64,000 bases of DNA from assembly GCA_035353175.1 (NCBI GenBank), contig DAOPZC010000015.1, positions 7,928 through 71,927 on the forward strand, read 5' to 3'. Of the stretch, positions 38,101 through 46,608 are shown piece after piece. The translations under genes were made by a program, and so were the position numbers. This DNA is from Kiritimatiellia bacterium (GTDB lineage: Bacteria > Verrucomicrobiota > Kiritimatiellia > RFP12 > UBA1067). The notes under the pieces are model-generated. The model saw only the letters and a program-made list of their open reading frames with translations, was not told the DNA's origin and searched no databases. Within the stretch, counting starts at the first letter, position 1, and every line of letters begins with the position of its first letter.

Positions 38101-39530
38101 GCGAGGGGTATCGGCTGACCGCGGTGTTCAACTTTGAAGGCGGGGCGACGCAGGTGGACGAACTGGCGGTGACGGCGGTGAAGCCGCCGGCCAAACCGGT
38201 CTTGGCCAAGCCGGTGCTGCTCTACGATCCCGCCGGGTTGACCGCCAAGGTGTTTGACCGCCTGCAGGTCCCGTATTCGGCCTTCGACGGGGGCCGCGCG
38301 CCGGCCTTGGACGAGGTGGTCGTGATCGGCCGCGAGGCGTTGGACGAGAAGGGTATCCAGTGGTTGCCCAAGGTCGCCGATGGCGCGCGGGTGCTGGTGT
38401 TCGAGCAGCGGGCGGCGGTGCTGGAAAGGTTGCTCGGATTCCGCATCGCGGAGCGCGGAGCGCGGCGGCTTTTCACGCGCTTTGCGCATCCCGTGACGCA
38501 GCCGTTCGACGATGCGTGCTTCCGTGACTGGACTGGCTCGGCGACGTTGCTGCCGCCGCATCTGGGCGGGCTGCCCGAGGCGGAGACGCACGATCCGAAG
38601 TGGAGGTGGTGCGGTTTCGAGAACACGCATGTCTGGCGATGCGGGAGCCGAGGCAACGTGGCGTCGGTCCTGATCGAGAAGCCGGCGAAGGGCGACTGGC
38701 GGGCGCTGGTCGACGGCGAGTTCGATCTCCAGTACGCCGCTCTCTTGGAGAACGTGGAGGGTCGGGGGCGCGTGATCTTCTGCCAGTTGGATGTGACGGG
38801 GCGCACCGAGAACGATCCGGTGGCCGACCGGCTGGTGGTGAACCTTCTGGACTATCTTGACCGGGCGCAAGCCGAGACCAAACGGGCGACCGTCGGGTTG
38901 GGCGGAGTGTGCGAGACACTGCTGCGCGGTATGGGGGTGGTCGCGGTCCCGGACGGTGTGGAGAAGACGAGTGCCTCCGGGCGGCTGCTGGTGGCCGGGC
39001 CGGGTGCGGTGCCGCCGCAGGGGCTTGCTCAGGCCGTGGAACAGGGAATGAACGTCCTGTGTCTGGGGCTGAGCGACGCGGATCTTCAGGCGTGGTGTCC
39101 GGTGCCGGTTGCGACCGTGCGCACGAACGCGTGCTTCGCGCGCATCGAACGGCGGCCTTCAGAACTGAACGGGCTCTGCAACGCCGATTGGGCGTGGCAC
39201 GGGAGGATGACCTTCGACGCGCTGGCTGTGCCGGAGGGCGAGCGGGCGTCGGCGAGCCCGGCGCTGCGCGTGATCCGTCACGGGAAAGGCCGCGTGGTGC
39301 TGTGGCAGGTCCCGCCGTGGCAGATCGACGAAAAGGCCAAGCCCTATCTGCGCACCAGCAAGCGGCATGCGAACGCGATGGCGGCGCGGCTCCTGGCCAA
39401 TCTCGGCGCCGGATTCAAGACGCCGCTGGCCGAACGTTTCGCGGTGCCGGTCGCGAAGGCGTGGCTGAACAGCTGCTATCTCGACGTCCCCGAGGCTGGC
39501 GACGATCCCTACCGATATTACCGCTGGTAG
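35181..39530 (+). CDS. Secreted 1449-aa GH2-like multidomain protein (CBM-like N-domain, GH2 sugar-binding domain, divergent TIM barrel, large C-terminal extension)
   Basis: The signal peptide is MKRMCLLIAGVCAATVTATAQ. The CBM4/9-like module is ELIGNGDLS...RVEFRNLSL. The GH2_N pattern is AWYKRRFTVPQAWAGRRVALDFTMLQTHAKAYVDGV. The barrel has FFVEWG (nucleophile-like), but NHPAVIFYALNHN replaces the NE acid/base motif. Confidence 0.65.
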   Translation: MKRMCLLIAGVCAATVTATAQLGAELIGNGDLSKLDEKGWPVGWPGGRQARVEKDVAGNRLVLDGPGAGVNFKIPLKPEYGQLKLAMKMKVTGVTLGKESWQTGRLTMSYHSAAGERVGEWPNVFGLTGTSEWTDCERVYPIPTNAVTLQISPCNLGAAGRVEFRNLSLTVCRVRALVKADAPLPPGAEAAPWSIGDAWRQTTPARERVCLNGLWGFRPLMKGEAAGAVPAAGDCWGWFKVPGIWPNNGPEFETGAQTVWLAPWLEERGGAAAFDQAWYKRRFTVPQAWAGRRVALDFTMLQTHAKAYVDGVACGELWYPGGELELTGALKSGAEQELALLVTARPLTTERNAFMAPDRIITDKASVKLKGITGDLFLCAMPAAARLEDVQVITSVKDGAITFATEGEGLGTGSYRLRAEVTGCGEAKRVFESGALTPDAAGTLRFTAAWADAKRWDTDTPQNRYTATLTLSDAAGQALDTLTPVSFGFREIRIQGRDFVLNGAPVHLRALYNNSANGSADKAGKAAARELCRRMAEYGFNALIAGNYDFTPGSVGYLDGLLEACDEKGMLMAFSLPHMKDFGYKLDDPKTAELYRKQTAWLIRRARNHPAVIFYALNHNSTGYYGDQNPMKIDGVYEIPEVEATKNMWWARNRKQARLTDAIAKAIDPTRPVYHHQSGNLGDMHTVNCYLNWAPVQERSDWTEHWSTQGVKPLFFVEWGLPHISSWSSYRGPQFIWRCEAFQSLWAAEFAAQFWGDAAYLDDDAAVKALDHEAALWARGKPFAWSTLNQPLRNLPQNYTGVQALFANDNWRSHRAWGVSAMLPWDQGDFWRRMAATPTAEVPDALKGLKCPGLMPDRTQPGGQYIQDLGVPEAFEPTAIGKAMLRWNMQDCAFIGGPAEMFTSKEHLFPSGATVKKSLVVLNDRRRKQSVAWTWRLWNKGDKLIEKSGTIEVAAGGKAVVPVEFTLPKKARDGEGYRLTAVFNFEGGATQVDELAVTAVKPPAKPVLAKPVLLYDPAGLTAKVFDRLQVPYSAFDGGRAPALDEVVVIGREALDEKGIQWLPKVADGARVLVFEQRAAVLERLLGFRIAERGARRLFTRFAHPVTQPFDDACFRDWTGSATLLPPHLGGLPEAETHDPKWRWCGFENTHVWRCGSRGNVASVLIEKPAKGDWRALVDGEFDLQYAALLENVEGRGRVIFCQLDVTGRTENDPVADRLVVNLLDYLDRAQAETKRATVGLGGVCETLLRGMGVVAVPDGVEKTSASGRLLVAGPGAVPPQGLAQAVEQGMNVLCLGLSDADLQAWCPVPVATVRTNACFARIERRPSELNGLCNADWAWHGRMTFDALAVPEGERASASPALRVIRHGKGRVVLWQVPPWQIDEKAKPYLRTSKRHANAMAARLLANLGAGFKTPLAERFAVPVAKAWLNSCYLDVPEAGDDPYRYYRW

Positions 39531-39578
39531 ACCTTCCGGCTTGTCACCCCCGAACGCTTGTGGTGTAATCAATACGCG

Positions 39579-40559
39579 ATGGAAATCAAAAAGAATTCGT
39601 ATACCTTCGTGCTTACGAAGGAGCAGCAGGAGGCGCTCAAGATCCTGCTCAACATGGGCAATTACAAGCGCAAAGAGGTGCCGCACACGCTGATCGCGGT
39701 CGAGGCGCAGGATTGCGTGGTCAATCTCTATAAGAGCGGAAAATGCCTCGTGCAAGGCAAAGGCGCCGAAGATTTCGTGCTCTTTTTTCTCGAGCCGAAC
39801 GTGCTCCAGTCCGCAACCGTCGGGTATGAGGAAATCCTGAACCCCGACCTCGTTGCACCTCACATGGGCATCGACGAGAGCGGCAAAGGCGATTTCTTCG
39901 GGCCTCTCGTGGCTTGCGCGGTTTATGTGGATCCCGACCTCGCGCACGCCATGCAGGACCTCGGCGTGAAGGACTGCAAACTGCTCACCGACAAGGCGGT
40001 TTTTTTCATCGGCAACAAGACACGGCAGCTTCTCGGCCCCAAGCGCTTTGCCATGGTCGCCATCGGCCCGGAGGCCTACAACCGGCTCTATGCCAAGATG
40101 CGCAACGTGAACACCCTTCTGGCGTGGGCACATGCCCGCTGTATCGAGAACCTGATGGAGTCTGTGCCGGACTGCCCGCGCGCGGTGGCCGACCAGTTCG
40201 GCGCGAAGCAGGTGATCGAACGGGCGCTGATGAAAAAGGGCCGCTCGATCAAGCTCGAGCAGCGGCATAAGGCGGAATCCGACATTGCGGTCGCCGCGGC
40301 CTCCGTGCTCGCCCGCGAGGCGTTTCTGCGCGGCCTTGTCCGCTTAGGTGAGACGTACGGCATCCAAGCGCACAAAGGCGCGTCAGAGCAGGTCAAGGCT
40401 TCGGCCATCGAACTGATCAAGAAGGCCGGGCCGGAGGTTCTGATCAAGACCTGCAAGTGCCACTTCCGCACGGCCGATCAGGTGCTCGCCGCCTGCGGCT
40501 CCTCTCGGGCCGCGCTCGGTCCCGACGGCCAAGCGGTGTCGCGTCCGAAGGATGCGTGA
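39579..40559 (+). CDS. rnhC: Ribonuclease HIII
   Basis: The N-terminal RNase HIII-specific domain is YTFVLTKEQQEALKILL..VNLYKSGKCLVQGKG. The catalytic motif is GIDESGKGDFFGPLV. The likely start is ATG 39579. Confidence 0.85.
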   Translation: MEIKKNSYTFVLTKEQQEALKILLNMGNYKRKEVPHTLIAVEAQDCVVNLYKSGKCLVQGKGAEDFVLFFLEPNVLQSATVGYEEILNPDLVAPHMGIDESGKGDFFGPLVACAVYVDPDLAHAMQDLGVKDCKLLTDKAVFFIGNKTRQLLGPKRFAMVAIGPEAYNRLYAKMRNVNTLLAWAHARCIENLMESVPDCPRAVADQFGAKQVIERALMKKGRSIKLEQRHKAESDIAVAAASVLAREAFLRGLVRLGETYGIQAHKGASEQVKASAIELIKKAGPEVLIKTCKCHFRTADQVLAACGSSRAALGPDGQAVSRPKDA

Positions 40560-40609
40560 TGCGCAAACGCTCAACGTCGCGCACGGAACGTTGAACGGGG
40601 AAAAGAAAA

Positions 40610-40632
40610 GGGGCAAGCCGGTCGCTTGCCCC
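40610..40632 (-). terminator. Intrinsic terminator (strong for the minus-strand gene; weak or no T-run on the plus strand)
   Basis: GGGGCAAGC (40610-40618), loop CGGTC, GCTTGCCCC (40624-40632). The minus strand then reads TTTTCTTTTC. Confidence 0.7.
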
Positions 40633-40701
40633 AGATTGGAATCGTGCCAAGCCTAGCGCTGGCCGATTCGAATCTCGCCGATCACCGCGCCTGTTCACGG
40701 G

Positions 40702-41316
40702 TCACGGCTGCACCCATTCACGCGTGCGTCTCACTTCCCAGCGTCCCGGCTGCCATTGCTTGATGCGGCGCCCGTATGCGTCGAAGGTTTCGATCCAGCA
40801 GCCTTCGACCCACACGCGGCTCTCGCGCTCTTGCCAATAGCCGCTCGGAGCCACGACGACAGGCGCCGGCGCGGCCACGACGACAGGCGCGGGCTCGGCC
40901 ACCACGACGGGCGGCGGGGTCGGCGTCGGCACCCGCAGCGCGCCCATGACAAGACCGACGACAGCTCCTTCGGGGCTGGGCCCCGGTCCCGGTCCGGGCC
41001 CGAAAACAGGTCCCCTCGGAGCGTGCGGAGAGCCTCCGTGGTGATGCTCGGGGCCAGAGCTGAAGCCGGGGCCTCTCGGGGTTTGATGGCCGCCGCCGGA
41101 TGGGGGGGTGCCCCCTCCCGGTCTGACCGAGTTGCCGCCGGGGGCCTGGGGGCTGCCGCCAGAGTGCTGTCCCTGTCCTGCGCCGCCGCCTTGATTTACC
41201 TCGGGGCGTTGTCCGGGCCCACCTTGAGGCCCGGGGGCTGCCGGCGCCGAACCCGCCGTTATCACACATGTCGCCGCAATCAATCCCCATAAAACCGTTT
41301 TGTTTGTGTTTTTCAT
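40702..41316 (-). CDS. Secreted Gly/Pro-rich low-complexity protein with Trp-rich C-terminal motif
   Basis: The likely start is ATG 41316 (MKNTNKTVLWGLIAATCVITAGSA) with AAGGAAG upstream. The centre is GGPGQ/GPGPGP/PAPVVV repeats. The tail is YWQERESRVWVEGCWIE..WQPGRWEVRRTREW. Confidence 0.6.
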   Translation of the reverse strand: MKNTNKTVLWGLIAATCVITAGSAPAAPGPQGGPGQRPEVNQGGGAGQGQHSGGSPQAPGGNSVRPGGGTPPSGGGHQTPRGPGFSSGPEHHHGGSPHAPRGPVFGPGPGPGPSPEGAVVGLVMGALRVPTPTPPPVVVAEPAPVVVAAPAPVVVAPSGYWQERESRVWVEGCWIETFDAYGRRIKQWQPGRWEVRRTREWVQP

Positions 41317-41582
41317 GGTGCTTCCTTTCTGACGCGCCGGAATGGCTCCTTCCATTCACTGCCGCATCTCTTAAACAACCGCATTAAACGGTTGCTTAAT
41401 CACTTTATTGCCTTGGACCGTTTATATTATTCATCTTTTTTGAAGAGTCCGCAAGAGGGGGCGTGATATTCCAGCCAAAAGGAGATTTTGGACCAGAGAA
41501 TGGCGAGCATCGGATCGAGATTGCTTATTGCCGACGCCGGCGGTTTTTGGCTTAATACGCGGCAAAGCAAAGGATTTGATGT

Positions 41583-42278
41583 ATGGCAGAACTGATTGTC
41601 GCTCTCGATGTCTCCTCGACCGCCGAAGTCGAAAATACCGTTGACCGTCTCGGCGCGGCGGTTTCATTCTACAAAATCGGGCTGGAACTTTTCAGCGCGG
41701 AGGGTCCGGATGTCGTCCGCGCCGTCAAAAGCCGCGGCAAAAAGGTCTTCTTGGATCTGAAGCTGCACGATATTCCGCGCACCGTGGAGCGCGCGGTCAA
41801 AGCGGGTGCGGCGTTGGGCGTAGACCTGATGACCATCCACGCATCGGGCTGCAAAACCATGATCCGGGCGGCCAAGGACGCGGCTCTTTCCTGCGGCCCG
41901 AACGCGCCCAGAATCTTGGCGGTGACCGTTCTGACCAGCCTCGACCAGTCCGACCTCGGCGATCTCGGGGTTAACCGCGAGATGAAGGCCCAGGTTGAGG
42001 CATTGGGCTTGCTCGCGTGCGGGAACGGCGCGGACGGCATTGTCTGCTCGCCCAAAGAAGTGGCCAACATGCGCGCGGTGCTCGGGCCCCGGGCGCTGCT
42101 GGTGACGCCGGGGGTGCGTCCGTCCGGAGCCGCCGTCGGCGACCAGAAACGCGTGGCGACGCCTGGCCAGGCCGTGGCGGACGGGTCAACGCACCTGGTG
42201 GTCGGGCGCCCCATCCTCGAGGCGGTCGATCCCGCCGCCGCCGCGCGGGCGATCATCGCCGAGATGGCGGGCGTGTGA
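41583..42278 (+). CDS. pyrF: Orotidine 5'-phosphate decarboxylase
   Basis: It has LIVALDV, FLDLKLHDIPRTV (catalytic Lys) and LVVGRPI. Confidence 0.9.
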   Translation: MAELIVALDVSSTAEVENTVDRLGAAVSFYKIGLELFSAEGPDVVRAVKSRGKKVFLDLKLHDIPRTVERAVKAGAALGVDLMTIHASGCKTMIRAAKDAALSCGPNAPRILAVTVLTSLDQSDLGDLGVNREMKAQVEALGLLACGNGADGIVCSPKEVANMRAVLGPRALLVTPGVRPSGAAVGDQKRVATPGQAVADGSTHLVVGRPILEAVDPAAAARAIIAEMAGV

Positions 42279-42283
42279 CGGGC

Positions 42284-43519
42284 TTAACGCATCAGCAGCA
42301 GCCAGACGAAAAGCACGCCCAGCGAGGCGAGGGTAACCGGCACGCCCGCGCGGGCGTGTTCCCTGAAGCTCAGCGACACGCCCTGCCGCTGCGCCTGCTC
42401 GATCACGATCAGGTTCGCGATGCTGCCGATCGTGATGAGGTTCCCGGCGAACGTGCTCGACAGGGCCAGCACGTACCAGGACTCGTTGCCGGCACCTTCC
42501 AGAAAGCGCACCAGCAGCATGACGGCGGGCACATTGCTCACCAGATTGCTCAGCAGCGCACCCACGGCGGTCAGCGCGAAAGGGGCTGCGACGGTGATGC
42601 CGTGATTCGCCAGCCAGGACAGGGTACGTTCCGGGGTCCCGGTGGTTTCAATGCCGGCGATCACCACGAAGAGCCCGCAGAAGAGCATGATGAGGCTCCA
42701 GTCGATCAAGCCCAACAGCCGCCGCACGTCCATGCGGCGGCTGCACAGCAGAATCCCTCCGGCCGTCAGCGCGGTGATCTCGCGCGGCACACTCGTGAAG
42801 AAAAGCGCGATGACCCCCGCCATGACCAGCAGCCCCTTCCACATCTGCCAGGAGGGCTGGCCGTCGGTTTGAGGCCAAAGGTCTGAAGCCGGAGGAGACG
42901 GTTTTTCGCTGGCGAGCCGGCCGCGGTAGAGGAAGAGCAGGATGCCATAGGCGGCGGCCATGGCCGCGAGCGTCGGTACGCTGCACCAGAGCAGGAAATG
43001 TCCGAAATGGAGCTTTCCCATCTGGCCGATCAGCATGTTTTGCGGATTGCCGATGAGGGTTGCCGCCGAACCGATGTTGCTGGAGCAGGCGAGGCCGATC
43101 AGATACGGCATGGGGTTCAGCCTAGCCCGCAGCACGGCCACGGTCAGGATCGGGGTGAAGGCGAGGCAGACGATGTCGTTGACCAACACCGCCGACAGAA
43201 CGCCGCTCACCGCCATGAGCAGGAAGAGGAACCGTCTGGGGTGCGCCGTCAGTCGGCTGAGCGCCTCTGCGGCGCGCGCGTAAAACCCGCTCAAACGGAG
43301 CTGGGCCGAGACCAGCATCAGTCCGAACAGCAAGAGGAGCGTGGGCGCGTCGATCGAGGCGAGGGCGGATTTGAGCGGTAGCACGCCGGTCGTCACCATG
43401 GCGATCGCGCCCAGCAAAGCGATGCCGGTGCGGTCGATCGTCAGGCCCGGTACGCCGCCCGCCGCGATGCCGCAGTAGGTGATGCCGAAAATCATCCAGC
43501 AGGCCAGAGGGGTTGTCAT
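42284..43519 (-). CDS. ArsB/NhaD-superfamily anion permease (YbiR-like)
   Basis: It is polytopic. LVNDIVCLAFTPIL...IGNPQNMLIG parallels E. coli YbiR FLTNDVALFIVVPL...IGNPQNILIW. Confidence 0.7.
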   Translation of the reverse strand: MTTPLACWMIFGITYCGIAAGGVPGLTIDRTGIALLGAIAMVTTGVLPLKSALASIDAPTLLLLFGLMLVSAQLRLSGFYARAAEALSRLTAHPRRFLFLLMAVSGVLSAVLVNDIVCLAFTPILTVAVLRARLNPMPYLIGLACSSNIGSAATLIGNPQNMLIGQMGKLHFGHFLLWCSVPTLAAMAAAYGILLFLYRGRLASEKPSPPASDLWPQTDGQPSWQMWKGLLVMAGVIALFFTSVPREITALTAGGILLCSRRMDVRRLLGLIDWSLIMLFCGLFVVIAGIETTGTPERTLSWLANHGITVAAPFALTAVGALLSNLVSNVPAVMLLVRFLEGAGNESWYVLALSSTFAGNLITIGSIANLIVIEQAQRQGVSLSFREHARAGVPVTLASLGVLFVWLLLMR

Positions 43520-43707
43520 GCCCGCATATCATACCTGTCGGCCCGCGGTCCCGCAACCCCGTCCCGCTGCGGCGGGTGACGGCCGCGGCTCGGTCAAAAC
43601 TCGGTTATTCCGGTTTACAGGAGGGGAGGGGTAAGGTAAAATCATGAGATTACGATAAAAAATCGCTTAGCGCCGCATCAGGCGCGATCACGGGAAAGGA
43701 TGGGTTG

Positions 43708-44442
43708 ATGAAAAAAACGAGTGTTGTTCCCAACGTGCTGGTCGGCATGATGGTTGCCGGTTTGGGCGCGGGGATGGTGGGGCTGACGACGGGGTGTTCG
43801 ACGGCGTGTTGCGGATGCAAGGCTAACAAGGAGACGATCCAGATGAAGAGCGCGGATTTCTATAAGGATGGGAAGTTCGATGGTGCGAAGGCCAAGCAGG
43901 CCTATTTCGACATGATGACCCGGTTCAACGTGCCGGTCTACGGCGCGCTGAAAAAGGACGACAATTTCTTTTGGGCGGTCGATTTCGCCAAGGGCGATTT
44001 CGCCTCGTTCGGCATGGGCGGCGTGATTTGGGTGAATGAGAAGGCGGAGGGCTATTTCGGGCATGAGATCTATCTGCTCCCGAACCAGAGCATCGCCGAA
44101 CACCGCCATTTGCCCACGGCGGACAAGGACGGCAAGGCCATCCGCTGCAAGATCGAGAGTTGGCAGGTGCGCCACGGTTATGTGTATGGATTCAGCGAGG
44201 TCGGCGAGCCCAATCTCGACACGTATCCGGAAGCCAAGGCGATGCTGTCCAAAGTCCAGATCCCGCACCTCAAGAGCGTGCATGTCGAGCGGTGGGAAGC
44301 CGATGGCTCGATCCACAAGCTGCCCGCGCCCGAGACGTGGCACTTCATGATGGGCGGTAAGGACGGGGCGATTGTGACCGAGTACGCGACGTACCACGAC
44401 GGCGCGGGCCTGCGTTTCTCGGTGCCGGGAGTGGGTTTCTAA
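43708..44442 (+). CDS. Cupin protein of the D-lyxose/D-mannose ketol-isomerase family with an N-terminal signal/lipobox-like anchor
   Basis: The track start 43705 is TTG; ATG 43708 follows GAAAGGA. The N-terminus is MKKTSVVPNVLVGMMVAGLGAGMVGLTTGC. The body parallels lyxose isomerases: WAVDFAKGDFASFG, HEIYLLPNQSIAEHRH, LPAPETWHFMMGG. Confidence 0.55.
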   Translation: MKKTSVVPNVLVGMMVAGLGAGMVGLTTGCSTACCGCKANKETIQMKSADFYKDGKFDGAKAKQAYFDMMTRFNVPVYGALKKDDNFFWAVDFAKGDFASFGMGGVIWVNEKAEGYFGHEIYLLPNQSIAEHRHLPTADKDGKAIRCKIESWQVRHGYVYGFSEVGEPNLDTYPEAKAMLSKVQIPHLKSVHVERWEADGSIHKLPAPETWHFMMGGKDGAIVTEYATYHDGAGLRFSVPGVGF

Positions 44443-44463
44443 GTTCAACAAGGGAGAGATGTC

Positions 44464-44775
44464 ATGACGTATCATCACACGGGGATTCCTGTTTTCGAGA
44501 AGATGGAAGGCATGATGTATGTGGAGCCGCTCAAGGTCTGGGTGACCGACGCGGGCGCGAGCCCGTACAAGGTGGAGTGGCTCTATTTTGAGCCGGACAG
44601 CCCGATGGCCGCCGCCATCCAGGGCGACACCCACGTGGCCTACGTGGTCGAAAACATCGCCGAGGCCGTGAAGGGCAAGAGCGTCTTGTGGCCGGTCTGC
44701 GAGCCGATGCCGGGCCTGAAGATCGCGTTCATTTACGATCAAGGGCTGGCGGTCGAGCTGATGCAGTTGGGCTGA
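44464..44775 (+). CDS. Small VOC/glyoxalase-fold protein
   Basis: It is 103 aa. HHTGIPV..., HVAYVVENI and IAFIYDQGLAVELMQ are typical of single-module VOC proteins. Confidence 0.5.
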   Translation: MTYHHTGIPVFEKMEGMMYVEPLKVWVTDAGASPYKVEWLYFEPDSPMAAAIQGDTHVAYVVENIAEAVKGKSVLWPVCEPMPGLKIAFIYDQGLAVELMQLG

Positions 44776-44876
44776 GCGATACACTCGAAATGCGGGAGCG
44801 CTCATTTTCGCGGGCCGGACGTGCGGCCAGTGACTGGGTCTCCCGCCGATCAACCGAAGAGAAAAGGATTTATATC

Positions 44877-45875
44877 ATGCCGATGAAGAAGTTTATCAAT
44901 GATCCGGCAAATCTGACCAAGGAGTTGCTGGAAGGACTGACGATGTGTTACAGCGGCAAGGTCAAGCTGGTGAACGAGAAGATCGTGGCCCGCGCAGTGC
45001 CGAAAGATCAGGGGAAGGTTGCGATCGTCACGCTGGGCGGCGCGGGGCACGAGCCGGCGCTGAGCGGCTTTGTGGGCGAGGGCATGCTCGACGCGAGCGT
45101 GGTCGGCGACATCTTTGCCGCGCCGGGGGCGCCGAAAGTGCTGGAGGCCCTGCGCATGTTCAAGCGCGATGCCGGCATTCTTTTGGTGACGCTGAACCAC
45201 GCGGGCGACCGCATGAGCGCGAGCAAGGCGCTGCGCGACGCCCAGAAAGAGGGCATCAAAGTCCGCGAGATCGTGACGCACGAGGACATCAGCGCGGGGA
45301 TCGACATCGATCCCGAGGAGAAACGCGGCTTGGCCGGATGCATCCCCCTTTACAAGGTGATCGGCGCGGCGGCCGAGGCGGGCAAGAGCCTGGACGAGGT
45401 CGCGGAGATCGGCGAGCGCTTCAACCAGCAGATGGCGACGCTGGCCGTGGCGATGACCGGCTGCACGCATCCGCAGAACGGCGGCACGATCGCGGTGCTG
45501 CCCGACGACGAGATGGAAATCGGCATGGGCCAGCACGGCGAGGCCGGCGGCGGCCGCACGAAGATCCTCACGGCGGATGAGACCGCCGCGCGCATGATCG
45601 AGCCGCTCGTCAAGGCGACCGGCGTGAAGGCGGGCGACACCGCGCTGCTGATCATCAACGGCGTCGGCGCGACCACGCTGATGGAGATGCTGATCGTCTA
45701 TCGCAAGGCGGCCCAGCTGTTGGCCGCGAAGGGCGTGAAAGTCACTCCCGGCGCGTGCGGCGAATATCTGACCGTGCAGGAGATGGCCGGTTTCCAGATG
45801 ATCCTCTGCAAGCTGGACGCGGACCACGCGGAGTATCTGAAGGCGACGGCCCGCACCCCGTATTGGACCGCGTAG
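44877..45875 (+). CDS. dhaK: Dihydroxyacetone kinase, DhaK subunit
   Basis: It starts MKKFINDPANLTKELLEGL. It has GGAGHEPA and the full-length DhaK pattern. ATG 44877 has AAAAGGA upstream; the track's upstream extension overlaps the VOC gene. Confidence 0.85.
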   Translation: MPMKKFINDPANLTKELLEGLTMCYSGKVKLVNEKIVARAVPKDQGKVAIVTLGGAGHEPALSGFVGEGMLDASVVGDIFAAPGAPKVLEALRMFKRDAGILLVTLNHAGDRMSASKALRDAQKEGIKVREIVTHEDISAGIDIDPEEKRGLAGCIPLYKVIGAAAEAGKSLDEVAEIGERFNQQMATLAVAMTGCTHPQNGGTIAVLPDDEMEIGMGQHGEAGGGRTKILTADETAARMIEPLVKATGVKAGDTALLIINGVGATTLMEMLIVYRKAAQLLAAKGVKVTPGACGEYLTVQEMAGFQMILCKLDADHAEYLKATARTPYWTA

Positions 45876-45885
45876 CGCAGTGATC

Positions 45886-45961
45886 ATTTAGGAGTTAGGA
45901 TTTAGGAGTTGGAATGCGTTCCTCTCAGACTCCTAAATCCTCCTTCCTGGATCCTAAATCC
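45886..45961 (+). repeat. Nested direct/inverted repeat hairpin between dhaK and dhaL
   Basis: ATTTAGGAGTT occurs twice (45886-45896 and 45900-45910). A perfect 13-bp inverted repeat pairs AGGATTTAGGAGT (45897-45909) with ACTCCTAAATCCT (45929-45941). An outer pair joins ATTTAGGA (45886-45893) with TCCTAAAT (45952-45959). Confidence 0.8.
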
Positions 45962-46585
45962 CAAGAGGTGCTTGTGCTGACGATTCAGAACTTCAAGACG
46001 ATGATCGCCGCGGCCGGCGACGATATCCGCGCGGGCGAAAAAAAATTCTCCGAGCTGGATGCCGCTGCGGGCGGCGACGGCGATCATGGGACCGCGATCG
46101 TGACGGCTTTCAACGCGATGGCCAAAGCCGACGGCGCGGATTTCAAGAGCTATCTCAAGGCCTTGAGCGACGCTCTTCAGAACGAGGCGTGCGGCTCGAC
46201 CAGCACGCTTTACGGCTCGTGGCTGCAGGGCATGAGCGATACGGCTCCGGAGGGCGCGGCGGAACTCGACGCGGCGACGCTCGCCAAGGTCTTCAACGGA
46301 GGCCTCGAAGAACTCGGCTTCGTCACGCGCGCCCGCGTGGGCGACAAAACATTGATGGATGCGCTCATGCCCGCGACGGAGGCGCTGTCGTCGGCGCAGG
46401 CGGACGGCGTCGCCGCGATGTTCGGCAAGGCCGCCGATGCGGCTAAGAAGGGCGCGGAGGCCACCTGTGCAATGCGCGCCAAGTTCGGTCGCGCGAAGAA
46501 CCTCGGCGACCGTTCGATCGGCCCGTGTGACGCGGGTGCCGCCTCCATGGCGTGCATCTTCGCCGCATTTGCGAAGTCGGTGTAG
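45914..46585 (+). CDS. dhaL: Dihydroxyacetone kinase, DhaL (ADP-binding) subunit; start uncertain (ATG 45914 or GTG 45974)
   Basis: It has [14 protein letters not shown] (the DhaL Asp-rich Mg/ADP motif). Homologue length favours GTG 45968/45974 (AAGAGG upstream). ATG 45914 has AGGAG upstream but lies in the hairpin loop. Confidence 0.8.
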   Translation: MRSSQTPKSSFLDPKSQEVLVLTIQNFKTMIAAAGDDIRAGEKKFSELDAAAGGDGDHGTAIVTAFNAMAKADGADFKSYLKALSDALQNEACGSTSTLYGSWLQGMSDTAPEGAAELDAATLAKVFNGGLEELGFVTRARVGDKTLMDALMPATEALSSAQADGVAAMFGKAADAAKKGAEATCAMRAKFGRAKNLGDRSIGPCDAGAASMACIFAAFAKSV

Positions 46586-46608
46586 GAAAGGGAATAAGGA
46601 GTTTTATC

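Noticed and set aside
33805-38870. A chain of long minus-strand ORFs (441, 602 and 669 aa) under the GT-C/TPR and GH2-like genes
   Set aside because: They are Arg/His/Pro-rich antisense frames. The plus-strand products show TM/TPR and GH2 domain patterns and proper RBS-coupled starts.
44688-44876. A 63-codon upstream extension of the dhaK ORF. Similar track-start extensions exist for the L11, L7/L12, TIM-barrel, PEP-CTERM and NifV-like genes.
   Set aside because: The extensions overlap the preceding genes or intergenic hairpins and lack homology. Internal ATGs with Shine-Dalgarno sequences reproduce the canonical N-termini.
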